A stretch of 64,000 nt of DNA from assembly GCA_047967505.1 (NCBI GenBank), contig CM106538.1, one strand, 5' to 3'. Of this stretch, positions 27,601-39,943 are shown in pieces; the stretch's first letter is position 1; each line of letters starts with the position of its first letter. The position numbers were made by a program, and so were the translations under genes. The stretch comes from Dipteris shenzhenensis (taxonomy: Eukaryota). The notes under the pieces were generated by a model. That model worked only from the letters and a program-made list of their open reading frames with translations, was not told where the DNA came from and did not search any database.

Positions 27601-27960
27601 CTCCATCAATGAGCACTTCTTTCATCATATGGTTTGATGTCAACCATGGGCACTTCTTGGCCGCTAAGTGCCATTTTGATTGTTGTCACTAGTGGCTATA
27701 TGATGCATCCTTGATTGATTTCTATCCTTTAGAAAAAATTTGCACAATGGGTAGCAAGTTCCAGTAGTTGGTTGATGGAAATCATCACGTTCAATTCCTA
27801 GAATTTCTTTGAAGCTGTGTTGAATTTGTTCTGCACTACTCGATCTTTTGTTTCATCTTCTCTCCCTAATTAATTTCTATCCTTTCTTTAGTTGTTCTCT
27901 AGTTCCTCCATTCCATCATTTGGTTCTTGAGATTGATATTTATCATGACTAATTGATTTA
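24700..27960 (-). mobile_element. Highly decayed Ty3/Gypsy pol (protease-RT-RNaseH-integrase)
   Basis: EVLIDGGFGVNII (PR); KKNGKLRVCIVDHRKLN..KDPFP and FLGHMI..VQSFSRFLNFYKHFI (RT); LLQEFNFKVIH (RH); DFIGPF..YIMVAIDY and WDHKLQTSLWAYQTTFK (IN). Domains are in Gypsy order. Confidence 0.85.
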
Positions 27961-28113
27961 CAATCATGCCTCATGTTGGAACCAATTACTGTGTGACAAA
28001 ATATGAAGAGGGGAGAGGAGAAGAGTGGAGATGAGGAGAGAGGGCACAGCTAGAGAGCACACCACAAATGACTAACTGTACACTAGATTTAGTTGAAAAA
28101 ATAGAATATATAC

Positions 28114-29132
28114 GGGGACGAGCATTTTCTGAGCGAAATCTTCCGAGCGTCCGAGCGAAGGAAAAAAAAAGCTTCCAACTATGCATAAATATGGCAAAAA
28201 TCGATCAAAAGAAAACATAGTTTCACTTAGAAATATGCAAAGTATTATAGCAATGCCTATTTTATACAAAAATCTTTAGGTGAATCTGTAGGAATGGTGA
28301 GAGCATAATGGGATGGCTTTTGAAGAAACCCACATGTAGAGTAGACTTCTCTATGAAAATTCCCTTATGATCCTTCTTACAACTTTTACTTAATAGGGGG
28401 TGACATTGAAAACCCTCTCTCAACCTATCTTCATGAAAGAGTTTCTTCAAAGAAAACTCATTGAAGCAAGCCATCCAGGTAGTTTCGCCAGCGAAACCCC
28501 TTTGAAGCAAGTCTCCCAAAGTAGTTTCGCTGGCGAAACTACCTTGGACAGCACTTTTAAAAGTGACATAACTTTCATATCCAATGTCCAAATATAGTCA
28601 TTCAACCACTCAAATTGATCGAAACACCCCATTTGAGCACATCTATGAAGTTATATTTTGGAAAATCTTTCATATATAGTATTAAATATTACATGTATTT
28701 TATGAGAGTGATATATAAGCCCAAGTTAATACTTATTTATAGTAATTTAAACTTCTTTAGAAACATGTCCATAAATATGCTATAAAAACACTAAAAAGAT
28801 ATTGCCATATGATATAAATGTGTTAATAAGTAATTATATATGCATAGTATTATTACATTGAGAGTGATTATGAGGAATGTTTCTTAAAGGAATCAACACT
28901 TTTTTAAGGTAATAACAGGGGTACAAAGGGATGTCTCTAAATAAGAAAATTATGTTGTGTAAAAATGAATGAGTGACTAGTCTTTATATTTTTATGATAA
29001 AGGGATCTAGTTCTAGTGAAAATAAAAGTGTAAAAACCATGTTTCCTAAAGAAAAACAGTTTTAAAAATCTCTTGAAAAACACGCTCGGATAAACTTGCT
29101 CATAGGTTTTTGCTCGTAAAATTGACGCATCC
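28114..29132. mobile_element. Non-autonomous MULE-like TIR element inserted in the Copia 3' LTR
   Basis: Absent from the sister LTR. Flanked by direct repeat GAATATATAC (28104-28113 and 29133-29142). GG...CC ends with imperfect TIRs built of GAGC motifs; AT-rich, non-coding. Confidence 0.8.
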
Positions 29133-29367
29133 GAATATATACAAACCCTTTTAGGGTTAGGGTTAGGGGATCTAACCCTTTCCTTTATAGCACTCTATAA
29201 GGTTAGTGCTATGCACATATGATCACGTGATGGTGCTATGCACACATGATCACATGATGTTGAGCGTGAACTCTCAACACCTTCCCTCAAGATCAACATC
29301 ATGAAGTAGGCCTTCCCTCAAGATGATGATTTTGGGGAATCGAAGAAGGACTGAGCATTACATTCCA

Positions 29368-32300
29368 TCACATCCCTTTAATGGGAATGTCCTTCCTCTG
29401 CATCAAACTAAGAGCTAGTCGGTGTTTCTCGAATAGCTCTTTACTGAGGGGTTTGGTAAAGATGTCTGCAACATTCTCTTTGCTATCACAATGCTGCAGT
29501 GTGATGTCACCAAGTAACACTCTTTCTCTAATGACGTGCTCTCTGACATCAATGTGCTTTGTCCTGGAGTGATATACTGGATTTTTGGCCAATGCTTGAG
29601 CCGATTGATTATCACAGTATATTGTTGTTGGCTTTGACTCATCAAAGTAATCTGTTTCTGACAATAGTCTTCTGAGCCATATAGCCTCACATGCACCTGT
29701 AGTGAGTGCCCTATATTCTGCTTCAGTCGAAGACAAAGAAACAGTTGGTTGTTTGTTTGACAACCATGATATAGCACCTTGACCAAGGAAAAATGCATAT
29801 CCCTGTGTCGATCTCCTGGTCTCATGATCTCTGGCATAGTTACTGTCACAGTATCCATGCAATCGTGGATGACTTCCTCTGTATTCTATCCCAAACTGTT
29901 TTGTACCTCTGATGTATCTCAAGACTCTTTTGGCTACATTCCAGTGAGACTGTTTTGGATTTGCCATAAATTGTGCTAGTGAGCTTACTACATAACAAAT
30001 ATCTGGCCGTGTGATTGACAGATATATGAGAGATCCAATGAGCTACCTGTAGTATCTGTCATTGACTATAGGCTTTTTTGAACCTTTAGTAAGTTTCAAA
30101 CTCTGTTCCATGGGAGTGGCTGCAATCTTGCAATCTGCCATATGAAACTTCTTCAGGAGACTGTCAACATACTTGAGCTGACCCATGAATGTGCTATCTG
30201 AATCTCTCCAGAACTTAATTCCAAGACAATAGTGCATAAGTCCAAGATCTTTCATGTCGAACTCTGCAGATAAGTCTTATTTTAATTTTTTGATGAAGCT
30301 ATCCTTGCTTCCTGTCACAATCAGATCATCTACGTACAAAAGTGCAATAGTAATGTCGTCCCCTTGAACTTTGTAGTAGAGAGCATAATCTGCATTGGAT
30401 TTCATGTATCCCAGATCAGCAAAATACTTGTCAATTCTACTGTACCAACTTCTAGGTGCTTGCTTTAAGCCATAGAGACTTTTCTTGAGATGGCAAACCT
30501 TGTTCTCCTTTCCTGGTTCAACATAACCGACTGGTTGTTGCATGTAGACTTCCTCGTCTAGATAACCATTGAGAAATGCATTCTTGACATCGAGCTGATA
30601 CACATTCCATTTGCTGAGTGTCGCTAGTGATATCAAGAACTGTATGGAATCCATCTTTGCTACTGGAGCATAAGTCTCATCATAATCTTGACCATATTGT
30701 TGTGCAAATCCTTTTGCAACTAATCTGGCTTTGTATCTCTGAATACTGCCATCTGGATTGTACTTCACTTTGTATACCCATTTGTTGGCTATGGCCTTCT
30801 TTCCTAGTGGAAGGTCGCATTATTCCCACGTGTTATTTTTATACAAAGCATCCATTTCTTCATTCATAGCAGTTTGCCATTCTGGCTTATCTACTGCGTC
30901 TTCGAAGTACACTGGCTCTTCTGTAGCCATGATGGTAGTCATAAGAGCATAGTTGGTGGTTTCCACCTGAATTGCTTTGCCTTTCTGAGCATATGTCAAT
31001 CTGGCTGGTGGTCTGCTTTCTCTAGTAGACCGTCTGAGCTGCTGTGGCTCTACTTGGGGTGTTGCTGGCAATTCTTGCTCTTCTTCATCAACCTGTTTTG
31101 TAGATGACTGTGAAGTCGATGCTTCTATCTCCTCTGTAGGTGAGGTTTTCCATTCTAATTCCTCATCGAAGATTACATCTCTGGAGATAATGACTTTGCG
31201 GTTGATAGGATCATACAATTTATATGCTTTGCTTTCTTCACTGTAGCCAACCATGATGCATTTGCGTGACTTCGCATCCGATTTCCTGCGATGATCATCA
31301 TGTATGTGGGCATATGCTATGCAACCAAATATGCGGAGATGCCCAATGCGTGGCTTGTGTCCAGTGAATGCTTCATAAGGAGTCGGTTCGATAGGAAGCC
31401 GATTAAGCAAATAGTTAGCTGTAGCTATTGCTTCTGCCCAATACTGATTCGGAAGGTGCTTTTCACTAAGCATTCCTCTAGCAATGTCTGCTAAAGTCCC
31501 ATTCTTCCTTTCAGCTCTTGCATTTTGCTTAGGAGTATCTGCACATGTGAATTGTCTTCGAATTCCGTGATTTTTGCAAAAGTTCATGAATGCTGAAGAC
31601 ATGTATTCACCTCCTCTGTCTGATCTCATGACCTTGATCTTTCTACCTGTTTGGTTTTCTACCATGGCTTTGAATTCTTGAAATCTGGCAAACACGTCAG
31701 ATTTCTCTTTCAGAAAGTAGACCCAACAATATCTGATGTAGTCATCTATGAAGGTCAAGTAATAAAGTGAATCATTGATGCTGCGGGTCTGGGCATAACC
31801 CCATACATCTGTATGAATCAAATCAAGAATACCTCATGCACGAGAGGTACTTCTGACAAAGTTGGTTCACTTTTGTTTGCCGAAGTAGCATGCTTCACAA
31901 ACTTTTCCAAGAAACTATAGCTTCGGAATCCCAATTGCCATATTCTGATTCCTTAGATCTAACAAGTACTTGAAGTTGACATGACCATATCTCTTGTGCC
32001 ATTTTGCAGATAGTGGCATCTGTTGCATTTGAGCTGACATGGCATGCTTATCTGGTACTGTAGCTAGCATCCTGTATAAGTGTCCTTTCTTGACACCTTT
32101 TGCTACTAGCTGTCCTCTTTTGGATTTGTCTCTGATAGTGCATTCATCATCGTCGAAGATGACTTTGTAGTTGTGTTCCATCATTTGACCTACTGACAAA
32201 AGATTCTTGCTGAGCTTAGGAACATAGAGCAAATCTTTGACTAATCCTTTTGTACCAGTGAAATTGTTCATAGGGATAATACCTGTCCCTTGAACTGGAT

Positions 32301-33614
32301 TCGGTGTATTGTCTGCTGTGTAGATGATATTCTTTTGTCCTTCTAATGGCTTCATTTCTGTGAACCATTCCTGATGATTTGTCATATCAGATGATGCATC
32401 GCTGTCGATGTACCAAGGATCCTGTTCCACTTGGTCGACTTGATAGTTGTAATCCTCTTTGGGATTGAAATCAGTGTCTAGGTGCATTGTATCAGTCTGA
32501 TGCAATTCTTCACTTGCAAGAAACATATTTCCATGTTCATTTGCAAAATGACTGTGACAAGAATGTCCACCACGATGATTTCCTCTTCCTCGGGAATTCC
32601 CTCGGTGGATTGACCGCCTTGGTCGTACTGCTTCTTGCGGCAATCTCTTTCATAGTGTCCAAACTTGTGACAATAGTTGCACTGGATGTTTGACACATTG
32701 GTGGATGCATTCCCTCGTCCTTGAAATCTTCCTCGGTTGGAATGATTTCCTCTTTGCTGATTCTGATGTTGCTGAGGATGATGCTGATGCTGATGCTGAT
32801 TTTGACTTTGATTTTGTTGATGGTGACCACTTTTCTGATATGATCTACCTCTATTTTTGCCTTTGCCTCTGCTTCTATCTGAAGCTGTGAATGCCTGATC
32901 ATTAGAATAACCTTTACGTGCTTGAATGGCCTGAGTCCTGAGTTCTTCACCAAGTAGAACTGACTGAAGTTCTTCCAGTGTTGGAATTTGCCGTTGGATG
33001 GCAATACTCTGGACTAGATTCTCATATCCTTCTCCTAGTCCATTCAGGATTACTTGAACCATTTCTGCGGGATTCATAGTCTCTCCTGCTGCTGCAAGTT
33101 GATTGTTGTAGTCTTTGATGCGGAGTACATAAGCATGACCGGTTTCACTGCTGTTGCAGAAACTCTGGTTGATCTGGTTTCTCAGGGTGAGAATCCTGGA
33201 TGTGTTCTTGGACTCGTAGAGGGCTACGGACATATCCCATGCTTCTTTTAATGTCTTGACTGTGTTGAGCTGTCCTAGCATGACATCTTGCACATTCTGC
33301 TTGATCAGGTGATAGGCATACTTGTCTTTCTTATCCCATTCTGCTTGAGCTCGGGCAATGGCAGGATCTGCTACTGGTGCAGAAACTGATGGTGTAGATG
33401 TAGATCCCGTTGTAGATTCCGTTGCTAGTGCTATGACAACAGATGGAGTAGAGCTACTGGTGGCTGGATCGGCCAATGGTCTAGGTGTAGACCCATCGAC
33501 ATACTCCCATTTGTCCTGAAGCACAAGAATGGTCTCCATTCGGTATTTCCATGTACCGTAATTGGAGTTGTCTAACTTAGTAGATGCCTCCAGATTGAGG
33601 TTGCTAGTCGACAT
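29368..33614 (-). pseudogene. Copia gag-pol polyprotein, interrupted
   Basis: KLDNSNYGTWK, CNYCHKFGHYERDC, WYIDSDAS, WHKRYGH, HTDVWG..RSDRGGEY..AERKN, KARLVAKG..LYVDD, and ADIFTK. Confidence 0.95.
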
Positions 33615-34394
33615 GGTGCAAGAAATGTACTCAAAAAATGTCCTGAAAATCTCTGTATGAATCAACTGCAAATACACTGAAGATGCCAAGTGAATACTCT
33701 GTACCGTTGGTGAAGATAGAACTGTAGTATATAAAATCTGTTCTATGTTACAAGGCTTGTGGCAATGATGCCGGGAATAGCCAAGAGGCTTTACAAGGCT
33801 GAAATGATGTGCACGATGCCGTGAGATAGCCAAATAGGCTTTACAATGGTGGCATGTGTGTGTGAAATCAAGTGCTATCTGCCCATTGAATTAATCTACA
33901 ATGCCTCTGAACTCTGAAGTCTGCTCACTGAACTGATGAACGTAAGGTTTCAGGTAATGTAATGATGTGAAATTGGATGTGAGCATATGGACTGACTCCG
34001 AGTAGGTACTAGTCGGGAATTTTGGGCATGGCTTAGATTGGCAACTTGGGGAAATTCAAAGTGTCCCCTCTATGGCAATCTAGTCTACTCTGATCTAGAT
34101 CTAAACCAACCGTCGATCGATGAAAGAACAGCAAATAATTCCTTTTCTTTTGTTCTTTTTAAGTGCTGGGTCAGATGCGTCGATGGAGAGGCAAATGTGC
34201 GTGAAGGAAGTGGTTTTGTCAGTGAGGCTCAAATGTGAGTGTAACTTTTGCCGAAATGTGCACATGATGTAACTAGCATGTAGAGCACGAAAAAACGAGC
34301 GACTTTCCTTTTTGGAGCACCCTCAAATTCTTCCTGGATCAAGAGATATAACTTGATCTAGGTGGAGGGGCAAAAGGAGTGCAAATGGTGCTCA

Positions 34395-34900
34395 ATGATG
34401 ATGTGTCACTGTGAGTCACATGCAGTGATGATGTGGCACTGTGCCTAGCAAGAGGTGTGCCAGTGAAGCTCTATGCTGAGGTGGCAGGACTGTGCACATG
34501 CAGTGTGTGCACAGTGTGCTTGGCAAGGGATTGTGCCTGCAGAGGGTCTTAGTGCTGACTGGACTGCTGAGGTGGCACAGATGATGTCAGCAAGGTGACA
34601 TGGCAATGCTGACGTGGCACTGATGATGTGTCCTTGATGACGTGACACAGGTGACGTGGCTAATGATGTGTCACTGATGATGTGGCAAGTGATATGGCTG
34701 ATGACATGTCACTGATGATGTGGCAAGTGATGTGGTAGGATGACATGGTAGGTGATGTGGTAGGATGATGTGGTAGGATGATGTGGCTTGCTTACGTGGT
34801 GCTAATGATGTGGCAGATAGGATTGCCACGTGGCAAATTTTGAGACGCTTATCTGCCATGTGGCAGATAAGATGACGTGGTGCACGGGCCACGTGTCACT
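34395..34900. repeat. Degenerate TGATGTGGCA/TGACGTGGCA repeat array in the Copia 5' leader
   Basis: Many tgatgtgg/gacgtggc units seen directly. Confidence 0.8.
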
Positions 34901-36154
34901 TTCTGGGAAGCCAGAATCTACCAAGATTCGGACGAAATCTTTCGGATTCCGTCGTCTTCTCCGTCGATGGAGCTTTGGAGTCGCACACTATGGAGCCTTG
35001 GCGTTGAGGCTAGTAAGAGCTATTCGCTGGCTACAGAAGTAGGAGGCAGCCATTGGCAAAGGGCTCGTTGGCGTTGCTGTTCTCGAGAGGCCGTCGGGCA
35101 TACGCTGGTGGCTGCACGTTTGGAGAGGTGGCCGATCATCGAAGATGGCACAGGAGCTACAGAGCTGTCCATTGCTCGTTGTAGAGGGGCGCTTCGTTGG
35201 AGAGGCCGTATGGCTTGGAGGACTATAGAGCCGCGGATGCAGCAGCCTAGCTGTGTGGAGGAGTTACGTCAGGGAAGGCACGTCGGTACTGTAGTTGTAG
35301 ATGGAGCTGTAGGCTCGCATACGCAGATCTTTCGCGGCCTGCAGCTCTTGATCGTGGCCGTGGATGACTACCAACTCGTTTCTGTTGTGTGAACCAGCAA
35401 TGAGGCCAGCATTGGCCTCCATTGGCATCTCATTGCGGCTCTAAACTTTAGTCTCCTTGAGCCATGGAGCTCCTGTTGATCTGTGAAGCTATCCGCTATC
35501 TATGGTGGGCGTTGCTCGTAGATGATGTCGTTTGAGTAGATGGAGGCAGATTTCATCAAGCTTCAGTAATTCGTTAGAGAGATTTCCACGAGCAGCTCTC
35601 TCAAGTTGAAATGGATTCTCTCAAAACCTCTCATGGAGCAAAATCTCTCTCTTCCTCTCAAGCAAGAAGAAGACACTCACTTTCTTTCTCACAAAACCTT
35701 TGAAGACCTCTCAATCAATGGAAGTCTCTCTCTCTCACATGGACGGAACTTTCTCACAATAAAGCAGAAGTTCTCTCAACGGAAGAGAACACTTGATCTC
35801 ACACTCTCAAGAATCACAATGCCTCAGCGGAAGGCAAGGAAGCTCTGATACCATGACAAAATATGAAGAGGGGAGAGGAGAAGAGTGGAGATGAGGAAAG
35901 AGGGCACAGCTAGAGAGCACACCACAAATGACTAACTGTACACTAGATTTAGTTGAAAAAATAGAATATATACAAACCCTTTTAGGGTTAGGGTTAGGGG
36001 ATCTAACCCTTTCGTTTATAGCACTCTATAAGGTTAGTGCTATGCACATATGATCACGTGATGGTGCTATGCACACATGATCACATGATGTTGAGCGTGA
36101 ACTCTCAACACTGTGTGCATAAACTTAGTATACTCATGATGATTGTAGAATAAG

Positions 36155-36184
36155 CATTAGGGGAGAATTGGGGTCTCAAAAGGG
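36155..36184 (+). repeat. Left TIR
   Basis: Exact reverse complement of 50509-50538; extends to 34 bp with one mismatch. Confidence 0.95.
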
Positions 36185-36642
36185 CCTCATAAGGAATGGA
36201 TTAGTTCTAATGAAAGGGCCAAGGTAGGTCCCAAAAAGTCCTAACCCCCCCTCACCTAGGTGGGTTAAGCCCACAAGTTACCCCACCTCTTACACCTCTT
36301 ACACAACTCTTTTAGTCCTAGGTGGGAACCAAAAAATTCAAAATTCAAAAATTTGAATTTTGAATTCCCTCCCTCCATGCTTGCTCCTCTTGCCCTCCCC
36401 CTCCCTCCTCCTCCACTGTTTCTCCTCCTCCCCCCTCCCTCCTGCTCCTCCCTCCTCCCTCCTTCCTCCTCCATGCCTACTCCTCCTCACCCTCCACACC
36501 TGCTGGTCTGCCCCCCTTTCCTCCTCTTCAACTACTGGTCCTCCCTCCCCCATCCCTCCTCCTCCTTGCCCTCCCTCTTCCTGCGTGCTACTCCTTCAAG
36601 CCTGCATCTCCACACCTTCTCCTTCTCTACACTCCTTTAGTC

Positions 36643-39532
36643 ATGGCACCATTCGAGGACATCTCCAACAAGTACGAGGTTCACTTAGAGTTGGAAGCTG
36701 AATGTGCAAGCACACATAGTCTAGGATTGAGGGGAGCTTCCAAAATCCACAGTCTTCGTTCACAAGGAAAGAAGCATCTCGACCTTTGGGTAGAAGGATC
36801 CTTGTATCCTTTAGATCTTGCCAACCAAAAGAGCTCTCCTTTCCATACAATGTGTGATCTAGTTCGGTTTATTGGAAATGGACATGCGGGGTTGCTTGCT
36901 TATTGTAATCGGTTAAACAATGCTCAGTCAATGGCTATGCAAGCAAGCGACATGCGCAGAGCCCAAGTAGAGATGCTAGCACATTTAGGAAATAGCACCA
37001 TTATTGCAATGCATAACTCTATGCAGGATCTTCAAAGGGAGAACCAAGATCTTTATGATAACGCCAAAGCATTGGACTTGGAGTGAAATGCATTGGACTT
37101 GGAGCGACATAAATTAGAAGAGTCACTCTATAAGCTAGCTGAGTCCAAAAAAGGCTTGGAAAGATCTATATACAATCAAGTACAACGAGCCGTAGAGAAG
37201 GAACAAGAGAAGGTAGAAGAACAAGTGCAAAAGATGAAAGAAACACCTTTGGGATTGAAGAAGAGGAAAAGAAGGTACTTACATACCATGGATGCATTGG
37301 CACCCACTAGTGGTGCTAGAAAGAGGAGAGTCCAGGCTACAAGGTTGGTTATCAAATGTTCCAATGAAATTACACTCTTTTGTGCTACACTGTTTGTGGC
37401 TAAGTTTTTATTGTGTTCTATAGAAACTTCATGGAAGATGTGATGGGAAGAATGGACGAGGATGATATTGACTGTTCATATGCTCTAGCTAGTTTATTGA
37501 AGTCAAGCGATGTCATTGGGATACTAAGGGACCCAAGACACAAGCGCCTATGTGTGCAAGTTACTGAGGAGGTGATGAAGGACTTCAAGGATATTGTGGA
37601 TGCAAAGGAGATGCTTGCAGCTTGTGATACTGCCGGTGTAAGTCGTGAAGCTTACACATCTCCTTTCAAAATTTTCAAGTCTGCTATTTTGGAAAAGTAT
37701 AAGAAGTCTATAGGGCCCTTACCCATACCTTGGTCAGTGAGATGTGCACCGTGAGAAACAAACCAATGTGCAAGAGAAATGCTTGGAGGGTACCATTGCA
37801 TAAGGGGCACAATGACTTAGAAGAGTAAAAAGAAATCTGGCTTGCAAACCTTTGAGATGAATGCTTTCAACAATGTCTACTTAGATGTTGAGAAATTGCA
37901 ACAAGCAATGGTCAAATTCTATGGCATGAGAGAAGATGGTAAGAGGAAATACATTATAGCATTGCACTTTACTTAGTTCATTTTCTATATCATGTTTATC
38001 CTAACGATTTTTCTCTTTTGTTGTACAAATTGCAATGGAAAGCTCATATTTGTCATCAAAATGGATGAAGCTCCATTGGTGAAAGAACACAAGTTAGAGA
38101 GAGTCAGCATCTGCATTATGAATAAAGCCTTAGCCTTTGTTCAACGGGATGAAGAAGTAGAGCAAGATTTCTCAATGCAATCAAAGAAAGATATATGGTG
38201 GCTTGCAGCATTTGAGCCTCCGAAAGAGTGCCATGAGACATTGAAGTGGGTTCTAGATAGAACAGGAATCCCATCGACCATCCGAAGACAAGAGGAAGGG
38301 CAAACATTGATAGTCGATGGCCATGGAACCTTTCAAGTTGAATGGCATCTTGCTGGTGATTTGAAAACCCTCAAGTGCTTGCATCGTTGTGATACAGGGG
38401 CAAATGCAATGAACACATGCCTTTATTGCGTGTGTTCGCAACGTAAGCAAAAGGCTGGCTTACAATGGGAGGATGGCATTCTATCTTGTAGCCAAATGCA
38501 AGCTCCGAATTGCGACAAGAAGGATCCAAAGTGGGATCCCATCTTGCCCATCCCACTTGAGAGAGTACACATATGTACTTTACACATAGAACTACGTGCA
38601 CTTGATAAGTTGTTGTATTTGCATCTTGTTTATGCTTGGAATTTAATTCTGCAAGAAGTATCCACACGGTGCATTGCAGAAGCTGAGAAGTTGTTGTCAG
38701 AGATGGGATTCCATGGAGGACATGTCAAACTTAAGGAGGATAAGAAAATGTCTAGGGCAACATAGAATCTTCCTACAAAAGTGTCCATGGGTGGAGGGAA
38801 GGCAAGGAGATTCCTATTGAACCACAATCCTAACAAAGACAAACATACATTGTCTCAAAGTAGTTTGGGTTGGGAATATTGGAAAGCATTGTGTGAATGC
38901 ACGACCAATAAGGCTTCTCATCCTCAAGTAGCAAGTTTGAGAGCTAAAGTATGGACAAAGGTAGATGCATTGATAAAATTGCTTTGCTAGGTTCAAATCG
39001 ATGAGATGTATTATGAAAGGTTCAGGATGGTTGTGAAAGAGTTTATGCAATTAATGGTGAAAGCATGGGGGGAGTCGCACATTATGCATTACATGGTAAT
39101 CTTGGCACCATCGTAATATTTAGCACTTGCTTTATAAACAGTTTTTGTTGCTGATTTGATTCTCATCATGTTTGTAGCATATTCTCTATGTACACGGACC
39201 ATGGTTTGTACAAAATTGGGGTCCTTTGTCAATTTGGAATACACAAGGCATGGAGAAGTCGCACTATAGAGCCAAGGCAGCCTACTTCAAGAACTCAAGG
39301 CATGGTGGTGGTGTCACTCACAGCAATGCATTGCATGAGACTAGGAAGGACTTTGAAATCTGAAAAGGCAAAGGCATCAGAACTTGCAAAAGTAGTTAAA
39401 ATTGTATTAAAGAATAGAAGGCATAATGCTTGGAAAGCATCCATAGGGAGTCAAGGAGTCACACGTTGGTTGCAAGCTAGAGTGAGAGAAGGGAGTAAAT
39501 GGGTCCAACCACCAACAGAAGCTATGGTGTAA
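36643..39532 (+). pseudogene. Spliced RAG1/Transib/Chapaev-type DDE transposase (introns about 37344-37423, 37939-38028, 39096-39177)
   Basis: FVIKMDE, WHLAGDLK..CLYC, HICTLH and YM|HILYVHGPWFVQNWGPLSIWNTQGMEKSH give a DDE triad plus the C2H2 zinc ligands. Several premature stops and a late frameshift. Confidence 0.88.
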
Positions 39533-39659
39533 TTGTATACAAATATGAAATAAATATATTGGTTATTTTGACCACAATTTGTGTACTCTCTTTAATATCT
39601 TGCTTATTTTGACCACAATTTTTGTACTCACACGACGTTGGGGAAAGTGGGGACATGGT

Positions 39660-39856
39660 GAAGGAGGGAGAGAGAAGGGAGGGGCATGGGGTGAGGCAAG
39701 GGGAGGGGTGGAGTGGTACAAGGGTGGGGGGAGGGGGGGATGGGGGTATGGGGGAGGGTGACGGGTGTGGGCGGGGCAAGTAGGGGGAGGGCAAGGGGGG
39801 GGGAGGGCAACGAGGGTGGGGGGAGTTGGAGGGGTTAGGGCGGGGGCAGGGGGCAT
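39660..39856 (+). repeat. G-rich low-complexity tract (many GGG+ runs)
   Basis: Seen directly between the transposase 3' end and the H3-like promoter. Confidence 0.8.
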
Positions 39857-39860
39857 GATG

Positions 39861-39931
39861 AAACCCTAAATGTAATTAAAAGGGATGTCAAAACATGATG
39901 GGCCCTTATAAAAAGTTAAGAAAACCCTAAC
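39861..39931 (+). promoter_or_regulatory. Putative promoter of H3-like gene: two teloboxes (AAACCCTAA), site II-like TGGGCC, TATA
   Basis: aaaccctaa at about 39861 and 39922, tgggccc at about 39899, tataaaaa at about 39907; ATG at 39944. Confidence 0.5.
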
Positions 39932-39943
39932 TCTCATTATTCA

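Larger units (their letters stand above)
27994..36110 (-). mobile_element. Full-length Copia LTR retrotransposon (257-bp LTRs), several stops/frameshifts
   Basis: LTRs 35854-36110 and 27994-29279 (the latter split by a MITE). TSD CTGTG at 27989-27993 and 36111-36115. PBS TGGTATCAGAGC at 35842-35853; PPT at 29280-29291. Gag-PR-IN-RT-RH ORFs present. Confidence 0.97.

Noticed and set aside
34395-34900. CRISPR-like array
   Set aside because: Degenerate short repeats without unique spacers, in a eukaryotic retrotransposon leader.
36155-36184. RSS-like heptamer/12-bp spacer/nonamer in the TIR
   Set aside because: CATTAGG and TCTCAAAAG only loosely resemble CACAGTG/ACAAAAACC. Both ends are identical (no 12/23 asymmetry), and copy 1 lacks the A-tract at that position.
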